DNA from: Aulosira sp. ZfuVER01
Lineage (GTDB): Bacteria; Cyanobacteriota; Cyanobacteriia; Cyanobacteriales; Nostocaceae
Assembly (NCBI GenBank): GCA_034530615.2
Contig: JAVRCV020000013.1
Location: 1-52,117, forward strand
DNA length: 52,117 nucleotides
Reading direction: 5' to 3'
Part shown: positions 49,420 to 52,117 of the stretch, one piece after another
Layout: every line of letters starts with the position of its first letter
How positions within the stretch are numbered: the stretch's first letter is position 1
Translations under genes and position numbers: made by a program
The notes under the pieces: generated by a model
Seen by the model: only the letters and a program-made list of their open reading frames with translations
Database searches by the model: none
Told to the model about the DNA's origin: nothing

Positions 49420-50985
49420 TCAGTGTTCAATGTAATGAAAACTTTTAACAAAATCGATCACCATGTTTAATGAAGGCAAGCTATATTGAGTAGATTCATT
49501 GGACATATTATCAAAAAATGCCACATTACCATCGGATTGATTAATAAATCGTTTACCGAAATAGGGATTATCATATAAAATCAAAGTTTGCGCACTAGAA
49601 TTTGTCAATATTGTCTGGGTAGGAGTTTTAAAGAAATTTAATTTTGCAGCTAATTCCAGAATTTTTTGGATTTCCCGAATAGACTGAGTCTGATTCCTAG
49701 CTTCCTCGATCGCAGTTCTTAATTGCCTCACCCGATGGGGTATTTTTAGACCCATCTGAGATATATCTTCACCTTTGAGCATTTCCACTACGTTGTCAAT
49801 ATTTTTTTGCGTGTTGCTGGCATCATGAAAGGGCAGAATCACCATATAAGCGATGGGAAATAAGTCTTCGTCGTTCTCGACTCGGAAGGTGAACACAGTC
49901 CGGCGACGCCCAATTTCCATAGTGGGCGGTTGTTTTAGCGTCCGGTATTGGCGAGAAATTTGGTAATAGGCACCAGCTAGAGCAAAGTTAGCTTCATGTT
50001 CGAGGGCGGCATCAACGATAATCCGGATGGTTGGCGGCGTTTCATTAAAAAAGTCCCGTGCATCTTCAGCGTTAAACTTTTGAATGATGGAGCGATCGCC
50101 TGTGGGAGAGAGGTCAATCCATTCACAAGTTATACCTTCGGTTTTTAAACCAAACCTAGAAGTGGCGTAAAGTTTAGCCCCAGTTAACGCAGCTCCTGTT
50201 AAGTCGGCTCCAATCCATTCCGCCTTAATTAATTTTACTTGAGTTAAATTGGCGTGTACTAAACTGGCATTAGTTAAATTAGCATTGCTCAGGTCTGCCC
50301 CAGTTAAGTTAGCTCCGCTTAATTTAGCTTTGCTTAAATCTGCCCAACGGAGATTGGCCCCACTCAAATCCGCCCAACGAAGATTCGCCCCACTCAAATC
50401 TGCGCCACTGAGGTTAGCACGGCTAAGATTAACTTTTCTCAGTTCAGCATCTCGCAGATTGGCGCTACTGAGATCCGCACGACTCAAATCGGCGGCGTGG
50501 AGATTAGCCATCTCTAGGTTTGCACCCGTTAAAGAACAGCCTCGTAAACTCGCCTCACTTAAGTTCGCACGACGGAGATTCGCTTGTCGGAGAGTGGCTT
50601 CTCGCAGGTCGGCGTTGCTAAGGTTAGCCTCAGACAGGTCTGCACAACTTAGGTCTGCACGAATTACCTCGGCACGAACTAATGAAGCTTCCTTGAGTTG
50701 GGCGTGATTGAGGTCTGCACGAATTAGATTTGCGACATTGAGACTGGCATTGTTGAGATTTGCCCTCACAAGGTTCACGCCACTTAATCTAGCTACATTC
50801 AGCGTGGCATTGCTCAAGTTGGCTTTGCTGAGATTCGCTCCACTCAAATTTACTATACTCAAGTTGGCTTGGCTAAGATTCACACCACTGAGTTTGACGC
50901 CACTTAAGTTAGCTTCAGAGAGGTCAATACCAGTAAAATCAATCACTCCTGCCGCGTATTTTTCCAGTAATTCTTCTATAGTCAT
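49420..50985 (-). CDS. pentapeptide repeat protein with C-terminal domain
   Basis: ~270 aa of A(N/D)LXX repeats followed by a globular region. Confidence 0.93.
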   Translation of the reverse strand: MTIEELLEKYAAGVIDFTGIDLSEANLSGVKLSGVNLSQANLSIVNLSGANLSKANLSNATLNVARLSGVNLVRANLNNASLNVANLIRADLNHAQLKEASLVRAEVIRADLSCADLSEANLSNADLREATLRQANLRRANLSEASLRGCSLTGANLEMANLHAADLSRADLSSANLRDAELRKVNLSRANLSGADLSGANLRWADLSGANLRWADLSKAKLSGANLTGADLSNANLTNASLVHANLTQVKLIKAEWIGADLTGAALTGAKLYATSRFGLKTEGITCEWIDLSPTGDRSIIQKFNAEDARDFFNETPPTIRIIVDAALEHEANFALAGAYYQISRQYRTLKQPPTMEIGRRRTVFTFRVENDEDLFPIAYMVILPFHDASNTQKNIDNVVEMLKGEDISQMGLKIPHRVRQLRTAIEEARNQTQSIREIQKILELAAKLNFFKTPTQTILTNSSAQTLILYDNPYFGKRFINQSDGNVAFFDNMSNESTQYSLPSLNMVIDFVKSFHYIEH

Positions 50986-51067
50986 AAATGCTACCCCTCA
51001 GATGCCAACTTTAATAGTTGGTAAAGTACGCAGAAAATATTTGAAAGACGGACTATCAAAAGCAAAA

Positions 51068-51907
51068 ATGAAAATTGGGATTTTAGGACTCGGACTGATC
51101 GGTGGTTCTTTGGGTTTTGATTTGCGATCGCAAGGACATCATGTTTTGGGAGTTAGTCGTCGTGAGTCAACCTGCCAAAAGGCGGTAGCTCTGGGAAGCG
51201 TAGATGAAGCATCAGCCGAGATTGGTCTCTTGGCTCAGGCAGAAGTTGTATTTATTTGTACACCTATAGCTCTTATTGTTCCCCAAGTTAAACAGTTAAT
51301 TACGCATTTATCCGCTACTACGGTAGTGACTGATGTCGGTTCTGTCAAAGCACCGATAGTTAAGGCTATATCTCCTTTGTGGGCAAATTTTATTGGCGGT
51401 CATCCAATGGCAGGAACCGCAGATAGTGGTATAGAAGCTGCACAGCGACATTTGTTTGTCGATCGCCCTTATGTACTGACACCAATAGATACTACACCGC
51501 CTGAAGCCATTTCAGTGTTAGAGGAAATTGTGCGATCGCTCGGTTCTAAAATCTACCATTGTCAACCAGAGCAACATGACCGCGCTGTTAGTTGGATTTC
51601 TCATTTACCTGTAATGGTCAGTGCTTCCTTGATTGCAGCTTGCATGGGTGAAACCGACCCCGCAGTTTTACAATTAGCTCAAAACTTAGCTAGTTCAGGC
51701 TTTCGTGATACTAGCCGTGTAGGTGGTGGTAATCCTGAATTGGGAGTGATGATGGCTCAGTTTAATCAGCAAGCATTGCTGGGGTCATTGCAACAATATC
51801 GCCAAAACCTTGATGAAGTGATTCATTTAATTGAGCAGGAAAATTGGACAGCGTTACAGGCGAAGTTGCAGTCAACTCAAAAAGCGCGACCAAAATTTGT
51901 TGATTGA
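51068..51907 (+). CDS. tyrA: prephenate/arogenate dehydrogenase
   Basis: 'MKIGILGLGLIGGS', 'TDVGSVK', 'GGHPMAG', 'SHLP', 'GFRDTSR'; real start ATG 51068. Confidence 0.95.
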   Translation: MKIGILGLGLIGGSLGFDLRSQGHHVLGVSRRESTCQKAVALGSVDEASAEIGLLAQAEVVFICTPIALIVPQVKQLITHLSATTVVTDVGSVKAPIVKAISPLWANFIGGHPMAGTADSGIEAAQRHLFVDRPYVLTPIDTTPPEAISVLEEIVRSLGSKIYHCQPEQHDRAVSWISHLPVMVSASLIAACMGETDPAVLQLAQNLASSGFRDTSRVGGGNPELGVMMAQFNQQALLGSLQQYRQNLDEVIHLIEQENWTALQAKLQSTQKARPKFVD

Positions 51908-51959
51908 GAGTCAAGGGTAAATGGTCAATTAGTTATTTCTCCCCTGCTGTGTATGAAGT

Positions 51960-52055
51960 TATAGCGGTTCTCAATTGCATAGAATACATACCTTTCGTAA
52001 GGCCACAGCATTGCTGTGCCCTATTGTGTATTGCATCCAAACGAGAACCGCTATA
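51960..52055. mobile_element. MITE with TA ends and central REP-like palindrome
   Basis: Perfect IR TATAGCGGTTCTC / GAGAACCGCTATA; centre CACAGCATTGCTGTG. Confidence 0.75.
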
Positions 52056-52117
52056 TAAGTTGAACTTATCAAAAAGTTAAGTAACCTTTACGCAAAAGTT
52101 CTTTACAATCCTTTACA

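Noticed and set aside
50249..51067. Long + strand ORF 50249-50707 and N-terminal extension of the tyrA ORF
   Set aside because: Antisense shadow of the pentapeptide repeat gene; TyrA begins at the Rossmann motif at 51068

Overview
Chromosomal segment of a heterocyst-forming cyanobacterium (Nostoc/Anabaena-like). This is inferred from frequent HIP1 octamers GCGATCGC, STRR/SDR repeats, cphA2/cphB2, pam68 and a cyanobacterial LexA box. The left part has decayed accessory genes (intact antitoxin plus frameshifted VapC, CHAT pseudogene, HNH-like membrane protein) and a DNA phosphorothioation locus: a divergent DGQHR/DndB-like gene, dndC-dndD-dndE and a PT-associated methyltransferase, with no dndA or dndFGH in the window. 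About 6 kb downstream, past housekeeping genes and directly behind lexA, lies a second module: SF2 helicase + an untracked 57-aa ORF + a Rad50/DndD-like SMC ATPase. It resembles a reduced, nuclease-less Pbe-type effector and is the best candidate for an under-described system. Other notable items are a large serine recombinase with a degenerate catalytic domain, two MITEs with different internal sequences inserted at the same 9-bp centre of a REP-like palindrome, an RHH + PAS-like cassette with a putative operator, and a storage cluster (two GH13 paralogs around cphA2/cphB2). The rest is housekeeping: ampG, tRNA-Thr, argF, msrA, rpsO, two DAHP synthases, pirin, tyrA. All family calls come from motif recognition, not database searches.
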